Below are positions 11,625-24,040 of a DNA stretch of 64,000 nt, in pieces. A program made the position numbers and the translations under genes. The notes under the pieces are model-generated. The model saw nothing but the letters and a program-made list of their open reading frames with translations. It made no database searches and was not told the DNA's origin. Positions within the stretch are counted from its first letter, which is position 1. Every line of letters starts with the position of its first letter. This DNA is from Octopus sinensis (taxonomy: Eukaryota): positions 54,808,001-54,872,000 of the forward strand of contig NC_043012.1 of NCBI RefSeq assembly GCF_006345805.1, written 5' to 3'.

Positions 11625-12936
11625 GAGTCAGTAACACTCACACACATTTATACATGTGTGTGTGTGTGTTACAGACTCCTTGCCTTAAAATCATATGAGA
11701 TGTTGTAAATGAGTGTTGCCATCATGGAAGTGGTATCCTTCTTGCAGTCTTCCATGAAAACATGTCTGGCCATGGGGAAATATTATCTTATTTGGAAGTA
11801 AGTGAGGGTTGGTGGCAGGAAAGGCATCCAGCCATAGAAAATTCACATTGACACATTCCATCCAACTCAGGCAAGCATGGACATGTCTTATGTTGAAACA
11901 ATGATGAGGATATATAGAATGAGTGTGGCAAAGATAGAGAGAGAAAGACAGTGTTAGATGAAACTCATATGGAATTGGAAAAGAATTGGTTAAACAGTGA
12001 AGAGGGTGGTAGTTGCGGTGCTGCTTATGATAACCTGCTGCCAATTTTGGACTTTGTCTCAGGCCCTCAATCATAAATGTCTTTGCTCTCTGCTGTGTAT
12101 GTTTAAATATTACATGTGATTTTGTGACTAAAATATATGAATTTAACTGAAAATTGAGAAAAATGACACTAGCCAGAGCTGGAGATAGTAAATGGTAACG
12201 GTATTGATGTTGATAATGATGATGATAATGCTGGTGTTTGGTAATGGCAGTTATAATGGTGACTGTTGGTGGTTGTGATGATAAATGGGATGGCAATGAC
12301 ACGATGATGGTAGCAGCATTGTAAAGGAAATGATGATGATGATGGCAGTGGTTATGTTAATGAAGCTGTGATGATGAGATAATGGAAAGGTTAAGGTGCA
12401 TGTTTTATTGACAATGTAAAGTAAAATCTATATTTTGGTACTTAAATGACTGAAAGGTAGAGAGGAACAACGGCTAATCAAAAGAATTTATTTTTCTCTG
12501 CTGCTGTGGAATGATATTTTTTTATCTTTCTTTATGAATCAACTTTGAAAGGATAAAACTTGTAACTTTAAAGTCATACTTACTGATAATAAAATATTTA
12601 AATATTTAAAATGAATTTAATGGAATTTATTATTTCCTTTTATTACACTAACTGAAAGTAAAAATAAAATATCAATTTAACTTCATTTTTGGATATGTGT
12701 AATGTTGAACTTTAAATTTTATTTTAAACATCAATACAAGATTAATTATCCAGTGAGTGTCACTTAAAGTTCCTTTTAAAAAGCTCGCTATTTTCCTTAA
12801 CAGTGGAATAATTCTTCTCTTCTAGTCGTAAGTCATAAAACTAGGCCTTCCTACTTTGAACGCAAGTTACCCTGGGTAAATAGTTCTAACTTCTTAATGG
12901 AATAATACACAACTGCCTTCTTGTAATCAGCCTTAC

Positions 12937-13253
12937 TGAGGAAAAACAAAGCCAAAACGAAGACTATCAGCAAGTTTTGGTGAGTATTTATACAAAACAA
13001 TCTTCAGGTTATGGGATTTCGGGTAGCTGTTAAGAATAAACGAAGAATTTAATACATCAATGGTTAAATAACTCTGTGGATTCTCTAAAAATGAAAACGA
13101 TTCCACCAAAGCACTACTAAATGGTGTCTGCACGGAATATATTGATTTAGATAGTGCGCTATGGGTGTGCTTGTTCTCAACGTTACCGAGTGAACGCGTT
13201 GAAGAATGATGCCGTGACTTGTAAAAAGGAATTAAGAAAAGCCTCACAGACAT
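12937..13253 (-). CDS. Candidate exon of an unknown gene: 106-codon open frame in repeat-free DNA ending at a CA|GTAAGG donor (internal acceptor gives a 90-nt exon, 12937-13026)
   Basis: The ORF's stop codon lies inside the GTAAG donor. Acceptor ttcgtttattcttaacAG at 13027-13028. No recognisable homology. Confidence 0.25.
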
Positions 13254-13279
13254 TTAATCAAAGACAATCAGTGTACATA

Positions 13280-13570
13280 ACAGGCCATAGAAGGGACATT
13301 ACTTAAGTCTGCACCGCATTTCTTCGACTCTTTCTTCGATGCCACTACACAACGACTGCTCCCTCAACCAACATAGCCTACATAGTTTTTATCATTTGAC
13401 ATTTGCTGGAGCCAAACTGAATGACAGCAGTGTTTTTTTTTTCCGACACGCGGGAACGTAGTCTATCGCATAACATAAGATGTGATCGCAGCAGGCATCG
13501 GGTCCGGAGTTGAACGTATTTTTCGTTCAGGATCATTGATCTCTCCCTAATTATATGAATTCAACAACTG
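13280..13570. promoter_or_regulatory. Repeat-free, CpG-retaining island; possible promoter or first exon
   Basis: Local cluster of CpGs (ccgacacgcggg, gatcgc, catcgggtccgg) in about 1.2 kb (12420-13600) free of SINEs; short hairpin tgaacg-tattttt-cgttca. Confidence 0.3.
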
Positions 13571-13736
13571 GAAACATTGCCCTCCTAGTAGACTGTTAAT
13601 TCGTACACATACATACATATATATATATCATATATATATATATATATATATCATATATATGTATATATATATGAATTCACATGAGTGGATACTTTACACC
13701 GTAGCCAAACTCATTAAGTCATCTGTTTTCTAACAG

Positions 13737-13785
13737 CGTTACTGGACAGGTGAGTAACATATAGTTCTTCTAATACAGCTGGAAG
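13737..13785 (+). other. Candidate tandem microexons (13 nt at 13737-13749; 7 nt at 13779-13785) separated by 29 nt
   Basis: ttttctaacAG|CGTTACTGGACAG|GTGAGT and ttcttctaatacAG|CTGGAAG|GTAGTC. Confidence 0.3.
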
Positions 13786-15064
13786 GTAGTCTGGCCAAAC
13801 ACTTCAGATAACATCATCATACATCTTAGTTGGGGTATTTGCAGGCTGGCTTAGTCGCAGTCAGTCCAAATTTGGTGGGAATGCTTTTATATACATATCT
13901 CTGAACTTCACATCCATCCATGTACACAAGGCCAAAACCAAAAAAAAAGTAATAATAATAATAATAGTAATAATGACGATCCTCTAAAGGTTAACGTTAA
14001 CAACACTCCTTAAATTTTCACCCTACAAATATACAAAATGAAACACACACACACATACATACAAACACACATAAGTATATATATATAAGAAAATACACAC
14101 AAGAATGTTAAGGAAGAAAATCAAAACACAGAACAAGATAAAAGTTACACTTGGCATTTTTTGTTTCTTTCTGTTTTTTTTTTCTTTTTTGACAAGATGG
14201 ATTGTCAAAGTTGATGCTAGTCACATCCACAAAACTACTCACACCAGCCTTTGTTTTAAATATTTTACTAATAATGGCTATGTGTTTCCATTCTCTTATG
14301 GCGTTTGTTTTAAACTGTCTTGTTGCTCTAATACCTTATCCGTCTGATGTGTTTATTATTATTAAATTGTTTTTTCTTTTCCTTGCTACATACTTTGGGC
14401 CCCGCTTTCGTTGACTTCCCTATCTCTGTAGCACACCCTCCCTTACGTAGGTACATATATATATATATATATATATGTGTGTAATGTATATATGTATGTT
14501 TGACTAGTATGTGAGTGTGGTTATGTTTGGTGACAGAATGATAAACTGGGAGGGTACGAGAGGGAGAGATGGATAGAGAAAGAAAGAGATGGATAACGAG
14601 AGAGAGGAGATAGATAGGTAGGTAGGTAGATAGATAAGGAGAACGGGATGGCTGGATGGATATAAAGAGAGATGGATACAAATAAGGAGAGCTAGAGGGA
14701 GAGATGGTTGGTTAGATAGGTAAAAAGTGGGAGAGAGCGAAGAAGAGATAAGTAGACAGATAGACAGACAGATAGATAGATAGACAGACAGACACTGAAA
14801 AAGAGGGAGTGACAGTAGTCCCTGCCGGGTCAAATCAATGGCATGTCTCTCAGACTTGCTTACAAACATACACACACACAGACGCAACACACACTTACAC
14901 ACGTGCATGTATATATGTATGTATGTTTATATAAACACATGTGTATTTGTGTATAATCCGAACTATAAATATACGCGTATCAAGTGTCTGTATAAGATGT
15001 GTAGAGTAGCTGTTTGTTGTTATATGCACTTATGTTTATAGCTGTAATTATATTTTTGTTATTG

Positions 15065-15250
15065 TTTATCTCTGGGTCAACTCTAATCAAGAGCGTTCCA
15101 GTCATGACTATTCCGTATTTTATTCGGACAGTATACCTAGGCTTACATTATCCAATACATCATTTATTCTAGACGATAGGATGTCATTGGCGTGAGATTT
15201 GGCTGTTATTTCTCACAGGGTGAGCATCCACGTAGAAGGCTCCCTCATTA
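15065..15250 (+). repeat. Unclassified interspersed repeat (further copies at about 16705-16915, 21290-21490 and 41860-41950)
   Basis: Shared attccagccgtgacc...gagatttggctgctatttctagcaggt motif. Confidence 0.6.
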
Positions 15251-15978
15251 TGTAAACTGTATAGTTAGATCTCTCTCTCTTTCTCTTTTCCCTCCTCTGA
15301 ATGTGTGTGTTGTGTAATGTATGTATTGGTTTGTGTGAATCCCACCTGTCTCGTTGCTTGGAATTTTTCTTTGTTCGGTAATGTTAATGTATTTGTCTTT
15401 CTTTCAGTCTGCATTTGTCTTTCTCTCCCAAGCTCTGTTTGTCTTTCTCTCTTACACAAACAGTTACACATACCTTATGTGTCTCTCCCTCTCTGTCTCT
15501 TTAACACACACACACACACACACACATACACAATCCTGATCTTTTTTTTTATTCCAATCTGTCTTTATTTCCTTCTTTCATTCTTATAAATACATACAGA
15601 GAGAGAGAGAGAGAGAAAGAAAGAAAGAAAGAAAGAAAGAATGAGTGAGAGATCAGAATTTTCGGATACCTTGATTTAACCAGAAAATCCATAAAGGTCT
15701 TTCACTGGCATGAAGAATAAATGGTAAATTGTGTGTATATATCTGTGAGTGTGTGTGTATGTGTGTAAGAATATACAACTTCCACTGCCACCCGAGGCAG
15801 AAAAACACAATAATAGAAATAAAATATAATTAAACAAAACAAAATCGAGTAATTCATTAAAGAATGAATGGATAAGCAGCTTGTTGTGACTTTGTTAGTA
15901 ATAACAGGATATCAGATAGCTTCAGCTTCAGCTCGCGCACGCACCCCGATGATGTAGTTTACATACCCGAGCATATTG

Positions 15979-16014
<36 letters not shown>

Positions 16015-16317
16015 TTATTGGCTGGCTTCAGTCAAAATACACATACTACAGATCTTATGTTGTATACACTTATATACACGTACAATACACAGATTTTATA
16101 AATAACACACGGTGTACTTATCCATTGTACACAAAACGTATAGACGTGTACGTATGTATGTATGTGCGTGTGTTTGCGTATAAGCATATACAGACACATT
16201 AATTAGCATACGTTGATCTGACTTTACGTAATATTCATTGTGGTGCACGTCTTTTGTACACAGGTAGCGCACCTATTATACACTCGCCGATATTATACAA
16301 CCCCACTACTGTCTATT

Positions 16318-16366
16318 TTTTATCTACTATACGCAAATTATATGAATTTGTGTATAGTAGATAAAA
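16318..16366. other. Near-perfect hairpin: 22-bp stem (one G-T), 5-nt loop
   Basis: ttttatctactatacgcaaatt-atatg-aatttgtgtatagtagataaaa. Confidence 0.85.
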
Positions 16367-17590
16367 CACAAATATAACGTACCCCGTTGATTTTATTGTG
16401 TATCAAAAAACACTGTACACGGTCATGGGTGTGCGCGCGTATGTGTGTGTATATATATATAGAGAGAGAGAGAAAGAGAGAGAGATATAGATAGATAGAT
16501 AGATAGATAGATATGCACGTACACACAGTATCCTTGTAGATATTGCATAATACACTCACACACATATATAATAGGTAATATACTCATTGTGGACAATGTT
16601 ATTCACACAAACATATTAAGGGTATGCATGTAATTATAAATACATGTATATTTGTATGTGTGTGTGTTTGGTGAGAGACAGTCCTAAATATATTCATAAT
16701 GTTGTTTAGCCCCAGGTTAGCTCAGTTATAGTTGCCTTCAGGCCAAAGGTATTCCAGCCGTGACGATCGTTTTTTTTTCAAATCTATATACAAGAAACCG
16801 AGAGCCATATTACCCAGTCTGTCCTTCTTTAAGACGGTGTGGGGTGTGAGTCAAGGGATATTTTGCTGCTGTTTCTAGCAGGTTGAGCGACCATTTAGCG
16901 GCTCCCTCTTTGGCTTGTCTTCATAATGTATTTATGTGTTCTGAGGCTATCAGCTATTTCTGTTGTAGATTTTGGGAAAATTCTTGAAATCCAATGTCTC
17001 CGTTTTATTTCAATTTTCGAAAACCCATCTTCTACCCTTTGACAATCTATAGAATTACCTTCTCCCCACAAAAATCGGCTGTATTTCGATAATTAGACAA
17101 TATATTGGCGAACGCCAAGGTTTTAATATGGATGGATGAATGGATGGTGGCCGTTTTGTTGTTGGTATTGTGTTCTTGTTTCTCCCTCACTGCTTTTCCC
17201 TAAATATGTCTACGTTGTTGTTGTGCATTTATTTACTTATTCATTTATTCATTATTATTATTATTTTGCTAATGTCGCCCAGCTTTTGAAACGAGTATCA
17301 TGTTGCGAGGGCCTCCATTCTTGTATGTATGTTCCATCTTCACCATGGAAATGTTTTGGATAGTTTTTGATGTTTCGTCGAAGCCTTTCAGCTACCATTT
17401 TTAGAAACAGAAATTTAACAAACAAATACACCTACTACCTACCCGTGTGTGTGTGTGTTTCTATATATGTGTGTGTAAATTCATTAATAAATATATTTTG
17501 AAAAAATAGCAAAGTGGAGAATGATATTCAATAAATAAATGAATGAATGGAAAAATGATTTTGTAATGAACTTTTAAGAAAAAAGCATTT

Positions 17591-17599
<9 letters not shown>

Positions 17600-17675
<76 letters not shown>

Positions 17676-17710
17676 CATACATGTGTGTGTGTGTGTATAT
17701 ATATATATAT

Positions 17711-17766
<56 letters not shown>
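17600..17766. repeat. Long interrupted (TA)n/(TG)n microsatellite
   Basis: Direct reading. Confidence 0.95.
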
Positions 17767-17768
<2 letters not shown>

Positions 17769-18876
17769 CGTCATGAATTGGTGAGGATACTGGCAGCTTG
17801 TCCAACAGATGACACGAAAAGGTAGTCCACCTCATATCCTCATTTAATCACAATGTTGGCTGCCCCCACCCTCCAACCAACACACTCTTGTAGTCATGGA
17901 ACTCAAGATTAGCGGAAATTTTTAATTGGTTCTTTCGTGGCCTTCAAGGTGGGAATCTTTTTTTTTTCCTTTCCCAATAATAAATAACCATTGTAGTGAG
18001 ACGATGTTCAGAAAAAAAGACTCTCTTAACAAAGAATAAAAAAAATCCCATATAATAATAATAATAATAATAATAATATAATATAATATAATATAATAAA
18101 TAAATAAATAAATTGGCAAAAACTGCTCAGAGCGTTTACAGCAATAAATATATCAACAACAACACATGTAATATAGATTAAAAAAAAAAAGTCAATAGAT
18201 TATTTATTTTGGTTGTCTCTGATAGAACGTAACTGTCTCTTGTAGAAGACAGGTTATTTTGGAAATGTGAAACCTGCAATTATAAGAACAGAAAAGAAAT
18301 AATAATTTATTGGGAATTATTGGTTAATAATTCATATTATGTGTCAGATTATCATTTTTATTGTAGGGTATTTTTTAAAAAATATTTTGGTTATTGTTAT
18401 GAAATATTTATTTAAATGCAAATATTTTGTATAATTACAATTACATGTGAGCACTGAACAATTTAGCATTTTAAATCTGCCAAAAAAACTGTATGTCATA
18501 ATAAGGACAGTTGGTATTTGCTCAAAGTGGCCACATACCCCAGCTTCGTTGAGACATTATTACATTGGAAAACCCCCCACCGAATCACACAGGAAGTCAC
18601 GTTTTTTTCCCTTCTTAGATTCATTATTTCACCATTTTTTATACATGAATATATCACCATATCTATTATATAATAAGCCTGCAAGATTGTTATCCAATAC
18701 TTTTGTCATTGGTGAAAACGTGAACTGTGATGGATGTTAAAGGCTTAAAATAAAAATCCTTGCCTACAATATGTGACGCTTTATATAAATTCTTTTACTG
18801 GTCAGGTGTTGTGTGGCCAATGTCATGCTGGGGCAATGTAACAAATGTGCGTGTATGTGTATTATATATATATATA

Positions 18877-19125
18877 TATCATCATCATCGTTTAACGTCC
18901 GCTTTCTATGCTAGCATGGGTTGGACGATTTGACTGAGGTCTGGCGAACCAGATTGCCGCACCAGACTCCAATCTGATCTGGCAGAGTTTCTACAGCCGG
19001 ATGCCCTTCCTAACACCAACCACTCCGAGAGTGTAGTGGATGCTTTTACGTGCCACTAGCATGAGGGCCATTCAGGCGGTACTGGCAACGGCCGCGCTCA
19101 AATGGTGCTTTTTATGTATACTCTC
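18877..19125 (-). mobile_element. RTE 3' tail fragment
   Basis: atcatcatcatcgtttaacgtccgctttctatgctagcatgggttggacg... Confidence 0.85.
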
Positions 19126-20125
19126 ACTTGTTTCGGTCATTTGACTGTGGCCATGCTGGAGCACTAATGCCAATCACTTTACAGAGTGTACTGAGTGGCA
19201 CTGGCACAGGTGTGACCAATATTTTCCTCATTATAATACACACTCAGACATACATACATACACACACACGCACACGAGTGTGTGCATGTGTGTGTGTGTG
19301 TCTGTGAATATAGCTTTTTCTTATAAATTGTTTCTGTGTTGAACCTGTTATGATTGTTCACATTAACCTTAAGTGGAGGCAAATATACTTGATGTAGTGT
19401 ATCACCACAACCAAAACCTTTTTCCAGTCTATTGGAAATTTCACTTGTAATGATGGATCATTTTCTTTATTGATAATTCTTGTCAGGAGAGGTAAGGGAG
19501 ATGACTCCAGAATCCAAATTGATAAAACATTGATTTGGGGCATGCAGTAGGGAGTAAGTGTGATCTTTTTAAAATTACAGTAATATATCCAAACATGTTT
19601 CAGTTTTATGAGACGTCCTCAGCTAAGCATTATCTTACTTGTATTTACCAGAACTTAGAATAACTGAAAGAATATGTTAATTCTGAGTGAATAAAAAGAA
19701 AAACAAACTAAGAGTATTCATTAAATAGGCAATTTAAAATAGTAACTTAGAAACAGTTGTCACAGACACCTTCTGCATGTAGAATATATAGTTAAGCAAG
19801 AGTGCACAGTTACAGTCTTGTAATTGTTCTTATTAAGGATATTGTTCCTACTTTTTCAGACTTATTTATCAATGAAAAGCTAATTTTGAAGGACTATTAG
19901 ATTTCTTTCAATTGGTTTCAGCCTGAGGTTGTGGCCATTCTGAGGACTGCTACTAGTTCACAAAAACAAAATCTTGGAATATTTATTGTATATGTTAATA
20001 TATTATATGATGCGTTTTTCTTTTTTGTACTTTTGTTTTTTAAGCCCATACCCTCTTCCCCAAATGTCTAAAATCTCATGTGAAAGCCAGCATATTAAGC
20101 ATAGTGCATATGTTTGTAAAGTATA

Positions 20126-20519
20126 CTAGCAGTATCGCCTGGTGTTGCTTGGGTTTGTTTTGACCCTTTAGAATTGGAATTTTTGGAAAGTAAAAATTTT
20201 GCATTATGTAGCTTGTTATTCTCTTTAAGTGAACATTTTTCTGGTTGAAATACACTAAAAAATGGTGACACAGCAGTCAAAACATCGTAAAAAATAGGGA
20301 TTTTCATAGAAAAAAACCCTACCTTTTTGATGTAAATAATTTTTGGTGTTAACATGGTCCGATTTGAATTTTTTCTTCTACGGAATGAAGAGAAAGCCTT
20401 CTTCTATCATACTCTCAATTTTGGTCAACTTGTGCCGCAGAGTCTCGGAGGAGATAGTGTTAGTTGAAGGCTACCAAACCTGCCATACACAGACAACTTC
20501 AGCTTTATATAGAGAGAGA
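20126..20519 (-). mobile_element. Non-autonomous Helitron (394 bp)
   Basis: Minus strand begins A|TC..tataaagctgaagttg and ends with a GC-rich hairpin plus CTAG|T; homologous to 36119-36510. Confidence 0.85.
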
Positions 20520-21516
20520 TTTTATCGATGGAAAATTTACATCTGGAAAATACAGTTATGGCTATTGTTGATGTTGTTGTTGTTCTTTAGCTCTGCCCCA
20601 ATCAAGCACACCAATGGTCAAAGAACATGTTTTTTTTTTCCATTCCATTCTTCCATTTTTGGGTCAGTAACATAGAAGAGAAGATTGGCTGCTATTTTTA
20701 GCAGGTTGATTAACCACAGAGAACATAGAAATTCCTTTGGCATTGGCTTGAAGTTGGTGCATTTTACATCCTGATGCATCTTGTATTCAGACAAATATTG
20801 TCATAGTTTCTGTGTTCTACATTCTGAGTTCAGATTCTTCCGAAGCAGTATTTGTCTTCAACTCATGGACTGTCATTGTTAATACTGTTTGTGTGGTTAA
20901 GAAGCTAGGCATGGGTATGGCTGTGTGACTAAGAAACTCACGCGGTTTCAAGTTCAGTCCCATTGTGTGGCACTTGTCTTCTACTATAGTCCTTGGCTGA
21001 CCAATGTCCTTGTGAATGAACTTGTCACACAGACCCTGTGAAAACACATCGTGTGTGTGTGTGTGTGTGTGTGTGATCACTTGACAACCAACCTTGATTT
21101 ATTTATGTCCCTGTAACTTAGCAGTTTAGCAAAAGAGACTAATAGAGTAAATTCCAAATAAGTACTGAGGCTGATTTGTTTTGGCTAAACCCTTTTAAGG
21201 CAAGTGCCTCAGTATGGCCTCAATCCAATGACTACACCAAGTAAAAGAAAGATTACCTGAGCAAGAAATAAGATTTATTTCTTTAGTTGAAGGTTAACCC
21301 TGATCCCTGAAACCTTGATCTATGATCAAAGGTATTCACGCTGTGGTTGTCCATCTATTTTCTTTTCTGGTTTAATTCCTCAAAAAACAAAATATCTAAT
21401 ATGTCCTTAATTTTTTTTTCATAATGTAAACCAATGTAAGTCAAAGAATATTTGGCTGCTATTTTTAGCAGTTTGGGCGACTTATAAGTTTGTATCATTC
21501 AGTTGTGTTTTAAGGA

Positions 21517-22265
21517 GGTGAGCCGGCAGAACCGTTAGCATACCAGACAAAATGCTTAGCGGGAATTCGTCCATCCTTTATGATATGACTTCAAATTCCG
21601 CTGAGGTCAACTTAGCCTTTCATCCTTTTGGGGTCGATAAGTTAAGTACCAGTGAAACACTGGGGTCAGTGTAATCGATTAGTCCCCTCCCCCAAAATTT
21701 CAGGCCTTGTGCTTTTAGTAGCAAGGATTACTTGTTCAGGTGGTTAATTGGCAGAATCTCAACGCCAGGACTTATTCTTTGTAAGCCTAGTATTTATTCT
21801 ATCAGTTTCTTTTGCCGAACCGCTAAGTTACGGGGACGTAAACACACCAGCCAGCATCAGTTGTCAAGTGATGTTGGGGGACAAACAAAGACACACAAAC
21901 ACACACACACACACACACACGCACACACACATATACGACGGGCTTCTTTCAGTTTCCGTCTACTAAATCCACTTACAAGTCTTTGGTTGGCCCGAGGCTA
22001 TAGTAGAAGACACTTGCCCGAGGTGCCACACAGTGGGACTGGACCCAGAGCCATGTGGTTGGTAAGCAAGCTACTTACCACACAGCCATTCCTACGCTAA
22101 TCGTTAGCATACCAGATGAAATGCTTAGTGGCATTTCATCTGTCTCTATGTTCTGAGTTCAAATTCCACTGAGGTCTCATTTGCCTTTCATCCTTTCAAG
22201 GGGTCGATGTATTCAACTTCCCCTCCCCTCGAAAAGTGTTGGCCCTGTGCCTAAATTTGAGACCA
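21517..22265. mobile_element. Cluster: SINE-C (+, 21517-21730), SINE-A (-, 21766-22093), SINE-C (+, about 22095-22265)
   Basis: Family-diagnostic heads and tails. Confidence 0.75.
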
Positions 22266-22367
22266 TTATTTACATGCGACCAAATGGTGAATTGGTTAAA
22301 GTCTCAGAGCGTTGGTATGAATGCTTTTTTGGTATTTGTTCTGGTTCCTTATTTTCTCAGTTCAAAG

Positions 22368-23158
22368 GAATCTTTTCCTTTTGAACGGCAGTTTTCAACA
22401 CAATTTCTAGTTAACTAAACACTTTTAAACTTCGTATACTGGTAGAATGTGTCAAAATAAAACATTTTTTTCTCTTGGCTTTCTTGAGAAAATTGTAATT
22501 TGTAAGTTTAACGTAGTTTAATTTTTCGAATTTTAACCAATCCTATGCCCTCTATTTAGCTAAAATCATTTGCTGCATCTAAAACAGACAACATCCTGTC
22601 ACTAACCTTAACCCTCACCCTAACCCTAAATTTTAGCCTTTTTTTTTTTTTTTTTCTTAATTGTTAAATTAATTTAAGGATAACAATTAAGAAAAAAAAC
22701 CGAAAGGCTAAAACGAAAGCAATGGAAAATAATTTTAATTTAACAATTAAGAAAAAAAAAAAGAAAGAAAAAAAACCGAAATGCTAAAACAAAGGCAAAA
22801 ACTCAAAACAAAAACAAATTGAATAATTTTAGGCACACGTGTAACAATTAAATTAATTTAACAATTAAGAAAAAAAAAAACAAAAGGCTAAAATTTAGGG
22901 TTAGGGTGGGTGTTAGTGTTAGTGACAGGATGTTGTCTTAGTTTTAGATGCAGCAAATGATTTTAGCTCAATAGAGGGCATAGGATTGGTTAAAGTTTGA
23001 AAAATTAAACTACGTTAAACTTAAAAATTACAATTTTCTCAAGAAAGCCAAGAGAAAAAAATGTTTTATTTTGACACATTCTACCAGTATACGAAGTTTA
23101 AAAGTGTTTAGTTAATTAGAAATTATGTTGAAAACTGCCGTTCAAAAGGAAAAGATCC
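22368..23158. mobile_element. 791-bp fold-back MITE with about 300-bp TIRs and 8-bp TSD GTTCAAAG, inserted in a SINE-C
   Basis: Left gaatcttttccttttgaacggcag and right ctgccgttcaaaaggaaaagatcc. TSD at 22360-22367 and 23159-23166. The SINE-C B-box region continues on both sides. Confidence 0.9.
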
Positions 23159-23419
23159 GTTCAAAGTCCTACCAAGGTCAACTTTGCCGCTCATCCCTCT
23201 GCAGTTGAAAAGCACCAGTCAAAATACTGGGGTTGTTTTAATGGACTAAACTTCACCCTTGCTCCCTCAAGATTTCAGGCCTTGTGCTCATATTAGAAAT
23301 GATTATTTCTTTTACTTGTTTTCACTTGTTACACTGTGTCCATGCAGGGGCACTTCCTTGAATAAACTTTAGTCAAATGAACTGATCCCAGTACTTAATT
23401 TACTTTTCTATTCTCCTGT

Positions 23420-24040
23420 GGCACAGGAGTGGCTGTGTGGTAAGTAGCCTGTTTACCAACCACATGGTTCCGGGTTCAGTCCCACTGCGTGGCATCTTGG
23501 GCAAGTGTCTCCTGCTATAACCCCGGGCCGACCAATGCCTTGTGAGTGGATTTGGTAGAGGGAAACTGAAAGAAGCCTGTCGTATATATGTATATATATG
23601 TATGTATGTGTTTGCGTGTCTGTGTCTGTACCCCTAGCATTGCTTGACAACCGATGCTGGTGTATTTACTTCCCCGTCACTTAGCGGTTCGGCAAAAGAG
23701 ACCGATAGAATAAGTACTGGGCTTACAAAGAATAAGTCCTGGGGTCAATTTGCTCGACTAAAGGCGGTGCTCCAGCATGGCCGCAGTCAAATGACTGAAA
23801 CATGTAAAAGAGTATATGTGTGCGTGTATGTTTGTATGTCTGTGTTTGTTCCCCCAACATCGCTTGACAACCGATGCTGGTGTGTTTATGTCCCCATCAC
23901 TCAGCGGTTTGGCAAAACAGACCAATAGAATAAGTACTGGGCTTACAAAGAATAAGTCCCGGCGTCGAGTTGCTCAATTAAAGGCGGTGCTCCAGCATGG
24001 CCGCAGTCAAATGACTGAAACAAGTAAAAGAGTAAAAGAG
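23420..24040 (+). mobile_element. SINE-A full copy followed by a second, headless body/tail copy
   Basis: Two consecutive gcttgacaaccgatgctgg...aagtaaaagag blocks. Confidence 0.85.

Noticed and set aside
17461-17784. YIYIYI/VCVC/THTH-rich ORFs (also 10949, 26117, 29537, 61861-62167)
   Set aside because: Stop-free translations of (TA)n, (TG)n and (CA)n microsatellites.
19860-19901. Terminal coding exon DLFINEKLILKDY* on plus
   Set aside because: An acceptor is present but only 13 codons follow and there is no nearby polyadenylation signal; insufficient support.
22600-22920. Interstitial telomere or chromosome fusion site
   Set aside because: Only 2-4 degenerate ccctaa/ttaggg units, symmetric within the MITE's TIRs.
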